A stretch of 63,466 bases of DNA, the filler included, from Octopus bimaculoides (lineage: Eukaryota), in assembly GCF_001194135.2 (NCBI RefSeq). It is 7 parts of 6 records of this genome, joined end to end, with 100 filler letters (N's around TTAATTAATTAA, not from the genome) between each part and the next. Parts side by side here need not be neighbours in the genome. Positions count along the whole stretch, not along the records: positions 62,115 to 63,466 come from NC_068982.1; 6 more parts are not named here. One strand, given 5' to 3'. Under the pieces are notes generated by a model. That model searched no databases. It had not been told where the DNA came from and saw only the letters and a list, made by a program, of their open reading frames with translations. This document shows, in pieces, positions 62,500-63,466 of this stretch. Every line of letters begins with the position of its first letter. Position 1 is the stretch's first letter. Made by a program: the position numbers and the translations under genes.

Positions 62500-63466
62500 A
62501 CATACATATACACAAGAACAAAATCCCCAGTGAGAGGAAAATTCTTATGAGACGGCGTACAAAAGTTTCAAATCGCCTAAACAAACAAATTGAAAGCAGT
62601 GAAAAGTCTCGCCTGGAAATACAACTGCTGGAGATTGAAAACAATCTGCAACTCTCCCACGTAAAAGAATGAGCAGACAAAGAAGTCTGGGCTATAGACA
62701 ATATAAAATCTAACTCCAGAGCTTTCTACAAGTTTGCCAAAGAAACAGCTTCAGTGCACTGCAGGATAGGGCGACTCCTTGAAAAAGATGGTGCACTAAC
62801 AGGAAACCCAAAGAGGATAAGTGAAATACTAAATGATCAATTCAAAAGTGTTTTCACTCCACCCCTAGGGCACTTTCAAGTCAGCAACCCAACTGACGTT
62901 TTTTACCACTGCAGATATAAAAGCAGAGGCAATGATGATTGATTACATCGATATAAAGGAAGGCGATGTAATAAGGGCTATAGATGAATTGAACCCANNN
63001 NNNNNNNTTACATCGATATAAAGGAAGGCGATGTAATAAGGGCTATAGATGAATTGAACCCAAACTCAGCTACTGGCCCTGATGGATTCTCAGCAATCCT
63101 TCTAAAGGCATGCAAACGAGTCCTAGCAAGACCACTGCAGTCCCTCTTTCAGAGCTTCCTTGCATCTGCCAAACTCCCAAGAAAACTGAAGGAGGGGAAA
63201 ATATGCCCTATTCATAAAGGAGGTAGCAGAGCGGAAGCCAAGAACTACAGACCTATCTCTCTCACCTCACACATCAGCAAGGTCATGGAACGAATAGTCA
63301 GAAGAAAACTAATCGCCTTCCTTGAAGAAAATGACTTGCTGCCTGACACCCAACATGGTTTCCGACCAGGAAGAAGCTGCCTGACTCAGCTCTTACAACA
63401 CTATGACTGGGTGCTGAAATAGCTACTTAACCACTCAAATGTGGAAGTGATATATCTTGACTTTGC
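62500..63466 (+). mobile_element. CR1-like LINE ORF2 reverse transcriptase N-terminal region (disrupted)
   Basis: SATGPDG..PIHKGGSR...NYRPISLTS...QHGFRPGRSCLTQLL, in-frame TAG at 63420-63422, then VIYLDF. Confidence 0.92.

Noticed and set aside
62943-63062. 55-bp direct repeat around a 10-N gap in the CR1-like RT
   Set aside because: Contig-overlap artefact.

Overview
This is repeat-rich, AT-rich animal genomic DNA from a gapped draft scaffold. The SINE and microsatellite landscape suggests an octopus or other coleoid cephalopod (inference, no database search). Two complete multi-exon genes can be reconstructed by hand with GT-AG introns and consistent phases. DCXR-like L-xylulose/dicarbonyl reductase lies on + (7 coding exons, 25978-32791, 735 nt, 244 aa). 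TEPSIN/ENTHD2, the AP-4 accessory protein, lies on - (12 coding exons, 44129-33705, 1641 nt, 546 aa). They are arranged tail-to-tail. There is also an intact selenocysteine tRNA gene (47229-47315, TATA box at about -30, T-run terminator), a stray copy of its 3' end at 44838-44879, and a partial gene for a very basic protein with Ala/Lys/Glu repeats plus an 8-Cys WSC domain (49833-50476). The rest is several tRNA-derived SINE families, fragments of RTE, CR1-like and R4/Dong-like LINEs, Tc1/mariner, MITE, Helentron-like and LTR remnants, foldback hairpins and microsatellites. The most striking unexplained signal is a set of minimal type I hammerhead ribozyme motifs with palindromic helix III in different repeats. 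One sits inside a complete 290-bp tRNA-headed element with a target-site duplication, upstream of DCXR. Most long ORFs in the supplied track are artefacts of N gaps or microsatellites. Exon, tRNA and motif coordinates were counted by hand; most repeat boundaries are approximate.
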